Source: Cenarchaeum sp. (GTDB lineage: Archaea; Thermoproteota; Nitrososphaeria; Nitrososphaerales; Nitrosopumilaceae). Taken from it: DNA of 64,000 bases. The notes beneath the pieces are model-generated. The model was not told the DNA's origin and ran no database searches. It saw only the letters and a program-made list of their open reading frames with translations. The stretch lies in NCBI GenBank assembly GCA_965242695.1, contig CBDESU010000002.1, positions 192,001-256,000 on the forward strand. The letters are read 5' to 3'. Below are positions 21,102 to 30,976 of this stretch, in pieces. How positions within the stretch are numbered: position 1 is the stretch's first letter; every line of letters begins with the position of its first letter. The position numbers and the translations under genes were made by a program.

Positions 21102-21560
21102 CTAGTCGATGCCGTATTCTCGTGCGATGTGGGGAATCCTTATCTCGCGCACTTGGCTCTCTTCCGTCACTATGACAGGCGCGGGGCCGCCGTCGACGCC
21201 CTCCCTTATGGAGAGTGCAAGCGCGATCAGGTGCGGATCCGCGCGGTCGCGCCCGCTCCTGCGGCCGCCAAGGGACGGGTGGTCGCGCGCCACCCCCGCC
21301 GCTCGCGCGTCCGTCGCACCGGTGCGGGGCACAAAGGCGCTTCTGTGCTTGTCCGCCCACATCACAAGCTCGTCGTTGTCCATGCGAATCTCGTCAAGGA
21401 CGGTGCGGTGCAGTGCAGTGCGAGAGCATCCGCCGATCTGATCATCTCCTCGCAGCGGAGCGCCAAGCTTGGAAACACGCTGGCGGGATAAACCTTGTTC
21501 AGATGTATCCATGTGCTGGTGCCCACGACGTACACCGGACTTTGCAATTCAGCCGCCCCA
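21102..21560 (-). pseudogene. DUF4411 (PIN-like) toxin, frameshifted
   Basis: YVVGTSTWI.L..YP..VFPSL in one frame; VLDEI...DEL..W, ADPHLIALA, VIVTEE and RIPHIA..YGI in another. Conserved DT appears as GT. Confidence 0.7.
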
Positions 21561-22778
21561 CACCCTTGCCCGCAGGCCGTCAAAGTGCCTTGCCTTGAGA
21601 TTTAGGTACATGGCCATGTCGCACTCTGTGATAAGGCCGTCCTCTTCCGAGTCTGATACCAGCTGGACGTATCGCCGCCCGCGCCTGTTCAGGCATGCCA
21701 CGTCTGGCGGGACATGCCCGCCGCCCGCCGAGTCCCCAGGCTCCGGCGGGGGCCCCATCTCCCTGTAGCGGCCCAGGTAGGCCCTTTTGGCCGGCCCCTC
21801 GCTCAGGCCAATGGCGCGGACAAGCACCGTACGCCTGCTCAGGAGGAACCTTTGCGACAGCGCGTTCAGGACTCCGCCCACGGCGCGGCCGCCCTCCTCG
21901 TCTAGCGCGGCAAGGAACTCCTTCCTGGGCATGAGAACCGACGAGGCAAACGAGTCGCACCATCCCTCGACCGCCTTTCCGCTGCCAAAGCCGTCGGTCT
22001 CGAGGCTTTCGGGGGCCGGGCGGCACAGGCTCCCGCCGGCGAGCATCACATGCGCGTACTCGTGGAGAAGCGTGAATATGCGGGATCCGACCGCATCGGC
22101 CGAGTTGACCACAATGACGGGCGGCCCCTCGCCCACCACGGCAAGGCCCTTTGCCTCCCCCACGGGAAAGTCCGCCTGCGCGACAAACACGCCGCGCGAC
22201 TCGACCGCGTCCCGCAGAGCGGCGTAGAGTAGCTGGGTCCTGCCGTGCCGGTCAAGCCCGGCCGGGCCGCTCCCGGCCGCGCCTCCGGACACCCCCATGC
22301 GGGCCGACTCGCCGGCTGCGACGAGCTCGGGATCGTCCGTGCACTTCGCCGCCGCCGCCGCCGCCGCGGCCGCCAAGCCGCCTTTGGGGGGCGCAGGATC
22401 GCCCGTGGCGTACTCCCACAGCTCTCGCGCGTTGTGCTGGATTTCGCGCGCCATCTTCACGGCCGAGCACAGCTGCTTGGACGGCGGCGCTTCCGGCGAG
22501 TCGGGTCCGAGCCGAAAGCCGGCCACCGGCGCCTCGCGCGGGGGCTCGGCGGCCATGAAGGCCGACAGGGGCCACTTGATACTCCGGGCAATCCTTCTCA
22601 GGTCGCCCATGCGGATCTCGGACTCGCGCAGCCGCCACTGCCTGATCAAACTGACGCTGATCCCGGTCCTCGATGCCAGCTCGCCGTCCCGCCATCCCGC
22701 GCTGTCCAGGACCCATCGCATCACATGGGGGCTGACCTTTAGTGCGAATCCCTTGCCGCTGGCACTCCCGCCGGTCAT
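21549..22778 (-). CDS. XRE-HTH plus ImmA/IrrE Zn-metallopeptidase
   Basis: N-terminal HTH (ELASRTGISVSLIRQW); PPVIVVNSAD...RIFTLLHEYAH; E.WCD.FA..VLMP. Confidence 0.9.
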   Translation of the reverse strand: MTGGSASGKGFALKVSPHVMRWVLDSAGWRDGELASRTGISVSLIRQWRLRESEIRMGDLRRIARSIKWPLSAFMAAEPPREAPVAGFRLGPDSPEAPPSKQLCSAVKMAREIQHNARELWEYATGDPAPPKGGLAAAAAAAAAKCTDDPELVAAGESARMGVSGGAAGSGPAGLDRHGRTQLLYAALRDAVESRGVFVAQADFPVGEAKGLAVVGEGPPVIVVNSADAVGSRIFTLLHEYAHVMLAGGSLCRPAPESLETDGFGSGKAVEGWCDSFASSVLMPRKEFLAALDEEGGRAVGGVLNALSQRFLLSRRTVLVRAIGLSEGPAKRAYLGRYREMGPPPEPGDSAGGGHVPPDVACLNRRGRRYVQLVSDSEEDGLITECDMAMYLNLKARHFDGLRARVWGG

Positions 22779-22947
22779 GCCCCCGCACCCTCCCGCCCGT
22801 GCGCGGCGCGCTCGGGGCGGGGCGCGGCGCGGCGCGCGATGCGGCGCGGAGTCACGCCCCCGCATCCCGTCCGCGGCATCATGTGCGCCGTTGCCAGCAC
22901 CCCTATATGCCCTGCGATCATGCACTGCGGTCCGCCGGTCCGCGCCG

Positions 22948-23142
22948 CTACTCGCCGTCTGCCAGCACGGCGTCCAGGTGCTCCAAGTACTCCTTGGCGC
23001 TCGGATAGACGGTCGTCTCGATCCTCCCCGACCGTATGTCGTCGATCGTGCGCCGCAGGCTCTCGCTGGGCATCTCGCCGCAGTCCTCCCCCTGCCGTTC
23101 CGTGCACTCTTCCGCCCCGCTGCCGGGCGCCGATCCGTCCAT
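22948..23142 (-). CDS. Small acidic antitoxin-like protein (copy 1)
   Basis: 64 aa, LRRTIDDIRSGRIETTVYPSAKEYLEHL. Near-identical copy at 25909. TATA-like CTATAT upstream on the minus strand. Confidence 0.55.
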   Translation of the reverse strand: MDGSAPGSGAEECTERQGEDCGEMPSESLRRTIDDIRSGRIETTVYPSAKEYLEHLDAVLADGE

Positions 23143-23454
23143 GCGGCCGGCCGCCCCGCGCGGCCATATAGCCGATGCGGGCAGCGGGCCGCCTCCTCCG
23201 CCGCCGGGCCGAACGCCGAGCCTCGTGGCAGCGGCGCGGGTGCGGCTCGGCCAGTCCGTCAAAGGGCTTTGTCGGGCCGGGCATCTGCGCCCTTGCGCCC
23301 GCTGCGCACCTTCGGCAGGCATGCAGTAGCCCCGCGCGGCAGGCGCCGGGGCGGCGCGGTGCCGCGCGCTGGGCGCCTGCGCGGCCAAGGGCCGCCTTTG
23401 CAAAGCCTGCAAGTCGTACCCAAAGGTTATATACACACCGCTGGCCGGCCCGGC

Positions 23455-25230
23455 GTGGGAAGGCGAAGAATCCGGGCGCGATCGGTCGCAAAGCTGCCCC
23501 GCATCGGGCTGGAAGGCGCCGTCTTCAGGCTGTTCCGGCTACTCCCGCTGCTTGCAAGCGCCGACCCCGACATACGCAACCTGGTCGTCATCAGGCTCGC
23601 GACGGTGATCGAGGAGGTGTGCAGGCGCCTGCTGGAGGTGTACCTGGACTCCAACCCCGACGACGACTCGATGGAGCTGATCATGCGGCGCGCCCCCTTT
23701 GATTCCGCCCGGCGCGGAGGATGGGGAGGCGCCGTCGCGGCCAGCCTGAACGTCTCGACCATCGACGGCGTCCGCTCCATCCTCGACAAGTGCGGAGCGG
23801 GCGCCGCGCTGAAGGGGGGCGTGGCAGAGATCCTGATAGACGTCATGAGCCAGCGCAACATGGTGGTCCACGGGGAGGGCGATGCGACCCTAGACGTGGC
23901 AAAGGCCCACCGCGGCGTAGAGGAGTTCGCCCGGGGCGCGTTCAGGGACAGCCCGCCGGTCCAGGTCATGATCGACTCTGCAAAGGCCCACGCGATGGCG
24001 CGGCTGCCCGGCCGCTCCCGGATCGCGCGCGAGCTGCACGAGTCCGTCATCCGCCGGTGCAGGGCGGCCGGCGCGGAGCCGCCCACGCCCGCAATGCTCG
24101 TCTACATGGGGATCTCGTGCGCAGCGCTCGGGCGGAACGCGGAGGCGCTCGGGGCATACGATGATGCCATTGAGATCGACGGAGGAAATGCGGCGGCGCA
24201 TGCCGGGCGCGGCGATGCGCTCGCAGCCGCCGGCCGGCACGGGGAGGCGCTTGCGGCGTACGATGATGCAGTCGGGATCGACGTAGGGAGCGCCGCGGCG
24301 CATGCCGGGCGCGGCAGATCCCTTGCGGCGCTCGGGCGGCACGGCGATGCGCTTGCGGCGTACGATGCGGCCGTCGGGATCGACGGAGGGAGCGCCGCGG
24401 CGCATGCCGGGCGCGGCAGATCCTTGGCCGCCCTAGGCCGGCACGGCGATGCGCTTGCGGCGTACGATGCGGCCGTCGGGATCGACGTAGGGAGCGCCGC
24501 GGCGCATGCCGGGCGCGGCGATGCGCTTGCGGCGCTCGGGCGGCACGGCGATGCGCTTGCGGCGTACGATGCGGCCGTCGGGATCGACGGAGGAAATGCG
24601 GCGGCGCATGCCGGGCGCGGCAGATCCTTGGCCGCCCTAGGCCGGCACGGCGATGCGCTTGCGGCGTACGATGCGGCCGTCGGGATCGACGGAGGAAATG
24701 CGGCGGCGCATGCCGGGCGCGGCAGATCCTTGGCCGCCCTAGGCCGGCACGGCGATGCGCTTGCGGCGTACGATGCGGCCGTCGGGATCGACGGAGGAAA
24801 TGCGGCGGCGCATGCCGGGCGCGGCGATGCGCTTGCGGCGCTCGGGCGGCACGGGGAGGCGCTTGCGGCGTACGATGCGGCCGTTGGGATCGACGGAGGA
24901 AATGCGGCGGCGCATGCCGGGCGCGGCAGATCCTTGGCCGCCCTAGGCCGGCACGGCAATGCGCTTGCGGCGTACGATGCGGCCGTCGGGATCGACGGAG
25001 GAAATGCGGCGGCGCATGCCGGGCGCGGCAGATCCTTGGCCGCCCTAGGCCGGCACGGCGATGCGCTTGCGGCGTACGATGCGGCCGTCGGGATCGACGG
25101 AGGAAATGCGGCGGCGCATGCCGGGCGCGGCGATGCGCTTGCGGCGCTCGGGCGGCACGGCGATGCGCTTGCGGCGTACGATGCGGCTAGGCGCCTTGTC
25201 CGCGGCCCTGATCGCGCCCGGCGCGCCTAG
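23455..25230 (+). CDS. HEPN-like domain plus TPR-array protein
   Basis: TTATATA at 23427, GTG start. IRLATVIEEVCR...RNMVVH gives E...RxxxxH, followed by ~10.5 34-aa TPR repeats. Confidence 0.75.
   Translation: MGRRRIRARSVAKLPRIGLEGAVFRLFRLLPLLASADPDIRNLVVIRLATVIEEVCRRLLEVYLDSNPDDDSMELIMRRAPFDSARRGGWGGAVAASLNVSTIDGVRSILDKCGAGAALKGGVAEILIDVMSQRNMVVHGEGDATLDVAKAHRGVEEFARGAFRDSPPVQVMIDSAKAHAMARLPGRSRIARELHESVIRRCRAAGAEPPTPAMLVYMGISCAALGRNAEALGAYDDAIEIDGGNAAAHAGRGDALAAAGRHGEALAAYDDAVGIDVGSAAAHAGRGRSLAALGRHGDALAAYDAAVGIDGGSAAAHAGRGRSLAALGRHGDALAAYDAAVGIDVGSAAAHAGRGDALAALGRHGDALAAYDAAVGIDGGNAAAHAGRGRSLAALGRHGDALAAYDAAVGIDGGNAAAHAGRGRSLAALGRHGDALAAYDAAVGIDGGNAAAHAGRGDALAALGRHGEALAAYDAAVGIDGGNAAAHAGRGRSLAALGRHGNALAAYDAAVGIDGGNAAAHAGRGRSLAALGRHGDALAAYDAAVGIDGGNAAAHAGRGDALAALGRHGDALAAYDAARRLVRGPDRARRA
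24124..25188 (+). repeat. 102-bp tandem repeat, ~10.5 near-identical units encoding TPRs
   Basis: Unit ALGRHGDALAAYDAAVGIDGGNAAAHAGRG(RS/DA)LA repeated at nucleotide level. Confidence 0.95.
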
Positions 25231-25264
25231 GGAGACAGTCGCGGCCAGGGCTGCAGCCGCGGGC

Positions 25265-25792
25265 CTAGTCGTCGCAGCAGTCGCAGCGGCGCGAGTCCTG
25301 TCCTATGGCTAGCGCCGAGTCGCTGCAGCAGTCGCAGGCGCACGAGCCCTTTCTTATGATGCGCGCCTGGTCGCTCGTATGGAGTAGCTCCTCGGGAGTA
25401 ATCGGCGACGGCTTGACGCCGTTGCGGGCGTGCATCCCCGGAAGGTAGACGTCGCATGTAGTGCCCGCGTCGTACCATTCGACGTCGAGTATGGTGGTCT
25501 GGTCAGAGTCCTCGTCGACCTCTATCATGCGGTCACGGTTGTACTCTAGGCTGTACTTTCTGTTTTCCTCTAGCTGCGCCTCTAGCTGCGCCTCTAGCTG
25601 CGCTTTTTGATGCGCCTTTTGATGCTCTATGGGGCCGCGCTTTGCCCAGTACGCCCTCTCCGCCTCTACGGCCGCGATCAGCTTGGCGTCCGCGACGTCC
25701 TCTTGCCGCTCCGCAGCCGCCTGCCGGCCCCGGCCGGCGCCCGCCACAGGAGCCGGCGCATCCTCCGGCGGCGTCCCGGCCTCTTGCAGCAT
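25265..25792 (-). CDS. Hypothetical protein with Cys-rich C-terminus
   Basis: TATA-like element at ~25824-25830. Internal 12-bp repeats (HQKA x2, AQLE x3). Ends CACDCC...CDCCDD. Confidence 0.55.
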   Translation of the reverse strand: MLQEAGTPPEDAPAPVAGAGRGRQAAAERQEDVADAKLIAAVEAERAYWAKRGPIEHQKAHQKAQLEAQLEAQLEENRKYSLEYNRDRMIEVDEDSDQTTILDVEWYDAGTTCDVYLPGMHARNGVKPSPITPEELLHTSDQARIIRKGSCACDCCSDSALAIGQDSRRCDCCDD

Positions 25793-25908
25793 GTTGCTCA
25801 CGCGCGGGCCTGCCATAGGCCGGTATATATCATTTGTGCGCAGTGCGATCCCGCTGCCCCATCGCGATGCGGCCGTCGGGATCGACGGAGGGAGCGCCGC
25901 CTGGGCCG

Positions 25909-26103
25909 CTACTCGTCGCCGGCCAGCACGGCGTCGAGGTGCTCCAGATACTCCTTGGCGCTCGGATAGTCGGTCGTCTCTATCCTCCCCGACTCTATGT
26001 CGTCGATCATGCGCCGCAGGCTCTCGCTGGGCCACTCGCCGCAGTCCTCCCCCTGCCGTTCCGTGCACTCCCCCGCCCCGCCGCCGGGCGCCGATCCGTC
26101 CAT
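25909..26103 (-). CDS. Small acidic antitoxin-like protein (copy 2)
   Basis: Paralog of 22948-23142 with the same length and an open frame. Confidence 0.55.
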   Translation of the reverse strand: MDGSAPGGGAGECTERQGEDCGEWPSESLRRMIDDIESGRIETTDYPSAKEYLEHLDAVLAGDE

Positions 26104-26240
26104 CGGCAGGGCCGCCGCGCGCGCCCATATAGCCGATGCGGTAGGCGGGCGGGGCGGCCGCGCCGTGCCGAAGCAAAGGGGCGCAGGAGGGCGGGGGCGG
26201 GGGGCGATCTTTTTTATGCCCGCCGCATTCCGATGCGGGC

Positions 26241-26720
26241 ATGGACAGGCTGACGATTGATCTCGGGCACATACTGCGGCAGCTTCCCGACCTGGACTTT
26301 AGCATGTCCGACTTTGAGCACCGCCTGCGCATCCAAAAATTCGTCTACCTCGTGCAGGCGTTCGACGTGTACCTCGGCTACGACTACTCGTGGTACCTGC
26401 ACGGGCCGTACTGCACCAGGCTTGCGACGGTCGGCCATGCGCTGACATCCATATACGACATGGTGCCATACGACAAGGACATGGTGTTTGTCAACCCCGC
26501 CGTGCAGGAGCGCTTCGGGCGCTTCAAGAAGTTTATCAGGGGGCGCGAGAACGACAGCGACTTTCTCGAGATCGCCGCGTCTCTGCACATACTCCACAAG
26601 GCATGCGGCATGGCGCGCGCCGACGCTGTCGAAAAAGTCGCCTCAAAGCGGGATCGCTTCAAGGGGGACAGGTGCAACCGGGTCTGGGAGGAGATGGCAG
26701 GATGCGGCCTGATGGCATGA
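26241..26720 (+). CDS. SocA/YwgA-like winged-helix (DUF4065-related) antitoxin-type protein
   Basis: RLRIQKFVYL...LGYDYSWYLHGPYC..LA, LEIAAS. TTTTTAT upstream at ~26211. Confidence 0.75.
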   Translation: MDRLTIDLGHILRQLPDLDFSMSDFEHRLRIQKFVYLVQAFDVYLGYDYSWYLHGPYCTRLATVGHALTSIYDMVPYDKDMVFVNPAVQERFGRFKKFIRGRENDSDFLEIAASLHILHKACGMARADAVEKVASKRDRFKGDRCNRVWEEMAGCGLMA

Positions 26721-26968
26721 CGGCCGGCGCGGAGGCGCCCGGCCTGATCGCGCTCCGCGATCCCGACCGCCTGCGATCCGGCACGGGGGACGGGCCGCCC
26801 GACCCGGGGATCCGCCACCTCTTGGAGGATGCGGAGGAGTCCAAGGGGGAGATATTCAAAGTCGGCAGAAGCGCCCCCGGGCCGGGCGAGGGGCGCCCGC
26901 GCGCCGACGAGGTGATCATATTCAGCGCGGGCCTGGCGCTGGGCCTAAAGCGGCAGAGATGGGGCTAG
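26717..26968 (+). CDS. Small hypothetical protein
   Basis: ATGA overlap with the upstream gene; no recognisable motif. Confidence 0.35.
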   Translation: MTAGAEAPGLIALRDPDRLRSGTGDGPPDPGIRHLLEDAEESKGEIFKVGRSAPGPGEGRPRADEVIIFSAGLALGLKRQRWG

Positions 26969-27087
26969 CGGCCCCGAGGAAGCGGCGCCCTGGAAGCCTA
27001 TGGCGCCCAAGGACAAGGCCCCGTACGGGAGGAGCGGGCCGCCATGCACGGCGGCGGGATCGCGGCGCTCGGCGCCGGGCGGGCCGC

Positions 27088-28230
27088 TCACCCGGACTGC
27101 TGCCGCCTCCCCGCGACCGACCGCACTATCCGGGCCGTCCTTTTGATATCCTCCTCGCCGACGCCCGGGTGCACCGGCAGCGAGAGCACCGTACGGGCCG
27201 CGCGGTACGTCGCCGCCAGCGGCCGCGCGGGCCGCCGCGTGGCCGTGTCGTAGAACGGCATGCGGTGCACGGGCACCGGATAGTACGCCGTCGCGCCGAT
27301 TCCGGCCGCGTTGAGCCTGCGGGCCAGCTCGTCGCGGATGCGGCCGCTCGCGGCCGAGACCGTGTACAGGTACCAGTTGACATCCTCGCCGGCGCGCGGC
27401 GAGGGCAGCCGCACGTTGGCGCCGGCGAGCAGCCCCGAGAGCATCTCGGCGTTGCGGCGGCGCGCCTTCAGGAACCGCGGCAGCTTTGCAAGCTGCGCCC
27501 TCCCCACGGCGGCGGCCACCTCGGGCATGCGCAGGTTCAGCCCTGGCATGCGCGCGTCGTGGCCGCGCAGCATCCCGTGGTTGCGCGCCATCCGCATGCG
27601 GTCGCGCAGGCGCGGCCTGTCCGTGGCCGCAAAGCCGCCCTCGCCCCCCGCCGTCATCACCTTTGCCGGGTACAGGCTGAAGCAGCCCGCATCGCCGAGC
27701 GTGCCCGCATGCCTCCCGTCGAGCCTCGAGCCTAGCGCCTGCGCGGCATCCTCTATGACGCGCGCGCCCCTCCTCCTTGCCGCCTCTCCAATCTCGTCCA
27801 TCCTGGCCACATGGCCGTACAGGTGCACCGGTATTACGGCCCTCGTCCTCGGCGTCATCCGCGCCTCCAGGTCCGACGGGTCCATCGTGTAAGAGTCCTC
27901 GTCAATGTCGACGAACACGGGCCTGGCGCCGACCGAGACGACCGCGTTGGCAGTCGCCACGAACGTAAACGAGGGGACCAAGACGTCGTCGCCGCGGCCC
28001 ACCCCGAGGGCCAAGAGGGCGGCCTGGAGGGCGGCGGTTCCCGAGTTTACCGCTACCGCGTACGAGGCGCCCGTGTACGAGGCGGCCTCGGACTCGAAGC
28101 CGCGCACCTGCTCGCCGCCCTCGTGCGATGCGGACGTGAGGGCGCCGGACCGCAGGACGGCCGCGGCCGCCGCTGCCTCCTCGCGGCCGGTCAGCGGGGC
28201 GTTCGGCGGGACGCGCTGCACGAGCCGCAC
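27088..28230 (-). CDS. DegT/DnrJ/EryC1/StrS PLP aminotransferase (WbpE-like)
   Basis: AVNSGTAAL, FTFVATAN, PVHLYG, VIEDAAQA and CFSLYPAKVMTAGGEGG motifs. Confidence 0.95.
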   Translation of the reverse strand: MRLVQRVPPNAPLTGREEAAAAAAVLRSGALTSASHEGGEQVRGFESEAASYTGASYAVAVNSGTAALQAALLALGVGRGDDVLVPSFTFVATANAVVSVGARPVFVDIDEDSYTMDPSDLEARMTPRTRAVIPVHLYGHVARMDEIGEAARRRGARVIEDAAQALGSRLDGRHAGTLGDAGCFSLYPAKVMTAGGEGGFAATDRPRLRDRMRMARNHGMLRGHDARMPGLNLRMPEVAAAVGRAQLAKLPRFLKARRRNAEMLSGLLAGANVRLPSPRAGEDVNWYLYTVSAASGRIRDELARRLNAAGIGATAYYPVPVHRMPFYDTATRRPARPLAATYRAARTVLSLPVHPGVGEEDIKRTARIVRSVAGRRQQSG

Positions 28231-28609
28231 CGCGGGGCGGCGGTAATAAACCGCGGCGGGATGGCCGCCGCCCGGGCGCGGAGGGGGCTGGAGGAGGAGG
28301 CGATCCCCGGGCGGTGCTGTACGGGCGCCGCCAGCGGGCGGGCCGAGGGATGGGGCGGCTGGCGGTCACGGGCCCGGGCGCCCAGGCACAATGCATCTGC
28401 CGGCTTGCGGAGTAGTGCGGCGGTTCAAGGCGCCCGCCTTCAAGCGGCCTCGCCCCGATCCCATCCCTTGCAAGCGTCTCGCAGTCTGCCAGGGCGTCGC
28501 GGCGGCCGGGTTCGCAAGCCCGCATCCCCGGCTTCCGAGGCGCGCCGCGCGCGCGATCCGCCCCTGCGCGGCAGCCGCGCCGCGCGCCATCCGGCAAGCC
28601 CCCTTCCCG

Positions 28610-29653
28610 TCACCACTCGTACTCGCCGATCTCGCCCTCGCAGAACGCCGACGCCAGGAACCCCGTGAGCCGCAGCAGCGACGCCTTGGTCGTCCTTACC
28701 TGCGGTATTATGGCCAGCGCATCGCCGCCGACGGACCTAAGGGCGATCGTAGAGTTGTCCAGCCTGTCCACCACGGACACGTAGAGGTGCGAGCCGCCGG
28801 CATGCACGACCACATAGTTGCAGCGCGGATAGCCGGCGATCAGCTCGCAGAACCTCCTCATGTCGCCGCCGCCGGCGAACACGGCCCTCCTGTACCTGAC
28901 CAGCAGGGGCCTCGGCTCCCTGTCGGGCCGCTCGCCCCGGCTGCGGCGCGAAAAGAGGGCGAGCCGCGCCATTCCGCGGTCCAGGATCGGCCGCAGTATG
29001 CCGTCGTAGACGCCCCCGATGCCTCCGCGGTGGACGGCCACCCGGCCCCTGCGGGAGACCGTGACGTCCAGGCCGCCGTCCCCGTCCGCAAACGCCCGCA
29101 GGCTGTCGATCACCAGGCCCCGCCTCTCGGCGTCCGCATAGGCGCTCCCGACCGTCCCATACCTGCGGCTCTTGGCGGCCCCGTCCCATCCAGGACGGTC
29201 CTGGGCATGGCGCCGGCGGTCCTCTTCTTCACCGACCTTTTGTGCCTCAGGGACACGCCTGCGCTCTCCTCAAGCCCCTCAAGGATGCCACGGATCGCCG
29301 CAGACTCGGTAAACGGCGCCATCACCCCCGGCTGCAGCCTCCTGACGGCGCGCAGCGCTATGTCAAAGAGCCTGCCCCCCTCGCCGAACAGGAGCACGCG
29401 GCCGCCCTGCTGCAGCGAGTGGAGCGTCCCGCTAGCGCCGTCGCGAGCCACTGAATACCCGCAGTGCACGAACGGGCCGCGCAGATCCCTAGAGATCATC
29501 TCCACCCTGGCGGCGGCCCCGCCCTCCGCGGCGACCGCGCTCGAAAAGTCCCCGTCCGACAAGAGGCACTGCGCCTTTAGCGGCCCGCGGCCCCCCCTGC
29601 AGGAATCGACCGCCGCGGCAACGTCCGGCGGCATGCGCGGGGAAGGGCTCACG
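28610..29653 (-). pseudogene. GC-rich frameshifted copy of component A (45667-46713), partner nuclease absent
   Basis: Two fragments align to 45667 (LKAQCLLSDGD; SLRHKRSVKKRT; IDSLRAF; SVGGDALAIIPQ..EGEIGEYEW). Frameshifts around 29110-29190. The overlapping nuclease ATG is mutated to ACG. Confidence 0.85.
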
Positions 29654-30493
29654 GGGCCTGCGCCCGGGCCGCCCATCTAAACCCTGCCGCCTGCCCTCTC
29701 CGCAGGGCCCTAGACTGCCGCGGCCTCATCCTCCCGAGGCCGGGGCGCGGGGAGGCGGGGAGGCGGGGCGCGGCGGCCGGCATGGCGGCGGAGGATACCC
29801 CCGAGCGCGCCCGCGCGCGCATCTAGGGATGCCGACGAGCCGGCCGAGTGCGGGAGGAGCAGCCACAGATCAAGGGGACGGCGGCGGGCTCGCCCGGAGG
29901 CGATCACGCCGGGGCATGCGACCGGCTTCCGCAACGGGCCGCACCGCTGCCCGCCTGGCCCGAATGGGCGCCGGCATCGCACGCCTGCGCTGCCGGGGCG
30001 GCGAGGCCCTGCGGCTGGCGGCGGACTGCACCAAGTGGCGGCGTACACGGGCGGCGTCCGCACGGCAGCGGCCAAGGCCGTCTAGCTTGCCACCGACTGT
30101 GCACTGCGGCATGAGGCTCGGGTGCGAATCCGCCCATGTGCCACGCTAGACAGGGGGCCGGCCACATGACCGCCCCCCTCCACACCGAACAGGCGCCCCG
30201 CGGCAGGGGCGGGCCATTCCGGCGCGAGTAGGGAAGCGGGACGGCCGGCAGGCGCGCGCCCATGCCGCGCCCCCGCGCCAGATCGCGGGCGGGCAGGTGG
30301 GCGGGGCAGCCTCTGGGCTGCGCGTGGCGCCCGTACGCCAGCTCAAAGATCGCAAGCGTTATAACAGACCCTTGTGCCTCCTCGGCCAATGAGCGCAGGG
30401 AGGACGGGGGCTTCAGGGCGGGCCGGCCACACGCGATGTTGGCGGGCCCTATGCATGCGACCTATAGCCCATCGAGCGGACAGCTAGCATGCC

Positions 30494-30976
30494 ATGTGCG
30501 ACATGGATCGTTACGAGCTTGCGGTCATCCTCAAGGATGTCGGCAACTTTAGCATGGACGACTTTGCGGGGCGGCTCACGCTGCAAAAGACGGTCCGCCT
30601 CCTCCAGGCGTTCGGCGTGGACCTGGGGTACCGATTTGGGTGGTACCTGCACGGGCCGTACTGCAAGGCGCTGTTCAGGGACGGCCAGGGGGCGCGCCGG
30701 GTCTTTGACACGCTGCCCGAGGTCAACGTGTCCTTTGACGAGGAAGAGACGCAGAGGCGCTATGAGCAGTTCAAGGAGTTCATGGAGGACAAGAAGCACG
30801 ATCCTGCCCTGCTCGAGATCGGCGCGTCAATCTGCCACCTTGCGGCCAGGGGGTTCGACAAGGACGTCGTGCTCGGGGCCGTCGAAGACAAAAAGCCCGA
30901 ATTTAGCCGAGGCCAGTGCGTGTCCATGTGGGACGAGCTCGAAAGGTACGGGGTGGTATGCGATGGAGCCGCATAG
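30494..30976 (+). CDS. SocA/YwgA-like winged-helix protein (paralog of 26241)
   Basis: RLTLQKTVRLLQAFGVDLGYRFGWYLHGPYCKAL, LEIGAS. Confidence 0.75.
   Translation: MCDMDRYELAVILKDVGNFSMDDFAGRLTLQKTVRLLQAFGVDLGYRFGWYLHGPYCKALFRDGQGARRVFDTLPEVNVSFDEEETQRRYEQFKEFMEDKKHDPALLEIGASICHLAARGFDKDVVLGAVEDKKPEFSRGQCVSMWDELERYGVVCDGAA

Noticed and set aside
24124-25188. 102-bp array as CRISPR or DGR target
   Set aside because: Contiguous in-frame coding repeats with no spacers, and no reverse transcriptase in the window.
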